Shown here one piece after another: positions 63,186 to 64,000 of a stretch of DNA of 64,000 nucleotides (position 1 is its first letter; each line of letters starts with the position of its first letter). Source of the DNA: Minisyncoccota bacterium (GTDB taxonomy: Bacteria; Patescibacteriota; Minisyncoccia; Phycocordibacterales; UBA2100). The notes under the pieces were generated by a model, which had not been told where the DNA came from, searched no databases, and was given only the letters and a program-made list of their open reading frames with translations. The stretch lies in the NCBI GenBank assembly GCA_018060545.1, contig JAGOVW010000001.1, forward strand, positions 61,203 to 125,202, written 5' to 3'. The position numbers were made by a program, and so were the translations under genes.

Positions 63186-64000
63186 ATGCACATCTCTTGC
63201 CCCCTCAAGAATCTTTCAAAAGCAGTGTCGATAGCAGAAAGACTCTCAGGAAAGAAGGAGTCGCTCCCTGTCCTCTCCTGTTTCCTACTCGAGGCAAGAA
63301 AGAATGATTGTGTGGTGCGTGCCACTAACCTCGAAGCCGGTGTTGAGGTTGTTGTCCCTTGTAAAGTTGAAAAACCTGGCATCATTGCAATACCCGTTAA
63401 TCTTTTCACGCAGGTAATTAAGAGCGCTCGCGGTGAAGCGGTGGAAATGGAACTGATAGAAGGGACGCTTTCTATAAAAACGAAGGGAGGTAAGGCAAAT
63501 GTGAAGACGGTTGCCCACGAGGAGTTCCCTACAATCCCTACGTCACAGAAGGAGGGGCAGGTGACGATGAGTAAAAAAACGATTGTTGAAGGTATCACAT
63601 CAGTCGTATATGCAGCTGCACAATCAACAATCCGTCCCGAATTTGCCAGTGTGTACATTCACCAGGAAGGTCAATCAATCTACTTTACGGCCACAGATTC
63701 GTTTAGGTTGGCTGAAAAGAAGATTCTGCTACCTCAGTCTGTGGAGATCCCTGAAACACTCCTACCCACAAAAAATGCCTTGGAGATGCTGCACGTGCTC
63801 GACCTGTTGGAAGTTGATGAGGTGCAGATATCTATAGAGGATGGTCAAGTGAGTGTTGAAGGTGACGCTGTTCGCCTGGTTAGTCGTGTTATCGATGCTA
63901 CGTTTCCTAACTACCAAGCGATTATCCCTAAGAATTTTGTCACTGAATCGATCGTGCTGAAGCAGGATTTGGTTTCCGCTTTGAGGAAGGCGCGCTTTTT
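63186..64000 (+). CDS. dnaN: DNA polymerase III β sliding clamp (N-terminal part; runs off the window end)
   Basis: MHISCPLKNLSKAVSIAERLSG...LEAGVEVVVPC...; the β-clamp domain I/II pattern. Not in the ORF track because it is edge-truncated. Confidence 0.85.
   Translation, partial: MHISCPLKNLSKAVSIAERLSGKKESLPVLSCFLLEARKNDCVVRATNLEAGVEVVVPCKVEKPGIIAIPVNLFTQVIKSARGEAVEMELIEGTLSIKTKGGKANVKTVAHEEFPTIPTSQKEGQVTMSKKTIVEGITSVVYAAAQSTIRPEFASVYIHQEGQSIYFTATDSFRLAEKKILLPQSVEIPETLLPTKNALEMLHVLDLLEVDEVQISIEDGQVSVEGDAVRLVSRVIDATFPNYQAIIPKNFVTESIVLKQDLVSALRKARF

Noticed and set aside
1-64000. CRISPR arrays, rRNA genes and IS/transposase genes
   Set aside because: No regularly spaced direct repeats, no rRNA-like conserved stretches and no transposase-like ORFs were seen anywhere in the window

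Overview
This window looks like a compact, gene-dense bacterial chromosome segment that includes the replication origin. It most likely comes from a reduced-genome, host-associated lineage: CPR/Saccharibacteria-like is my inference, not a demonstrated assignment. Support for this includes many conserved hypotheticals, a short trigger factor without an obvious PPIase domain, a short YidC, and the rpmH-rnpA-yidC-jag | dnaA-dnaN arrangement at the right end.

Housekeeping genes I can read directly from the translations include: a pilB/gspE-type ATPase (truncated at the left edge), gdhA, nusA, ppa, tig, clpP, rny, pheA-like, hup, corA, an ABC exporter, yraN, cca, two NUDIX hydrolases, xth, xerC/D, rpsO, pnp, comM, purB, apt, prs, uvrD/pcrA, rsmA, jag, yidC, rnpA, rpmH, dnaA and dnaN (truncated at the right edge). 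There are four tRNAs (Gly-TCC, Pro-TGG, Gly-GCC, Arg-TCG) and many intrinsic-terminator hairpins, some of them sequence-identical repeats.

The most interesting content:
- A roughly 12 kb cluster (47.3-59.8 kb) next to the origin region encodes a type IV secretion-like apparatus. It has a VirB4-type ATPase (apparently split into two ORFs), VirB6-like and VirB3/PrgI-like membrane proteins, a VirB2-like pilin candidate, and several large secreted or membrane-anchored proteins of unknown function. No coupling protein or relaxase is visible.
- An ~850-aa unknown protein whose C-terminal third resembles a SLOG/DprA/LOG-like Rossmann domain.
- Two short islands with visibly higher G+C and high-GC codon usage, which are candidate horizontal acquisitions.
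- An apparent 1-nt frameshift in rpmH (L34) that fuses its reading frame to rnpA.
- A ~19-nt duplicate of the tRNA-Gly 3' end and a conserved ~60-nt element found beside two tRNA loci.
- A four-fold 15-nt palindrome around and inside yraN.
- A DnaA-box cluster ~41 kb from dnaA.

No CRISPR array, rRNA or obvious transposase was seen. Coordinates of RNA genes and hairpins were counted by hand and may be off by a few bases.
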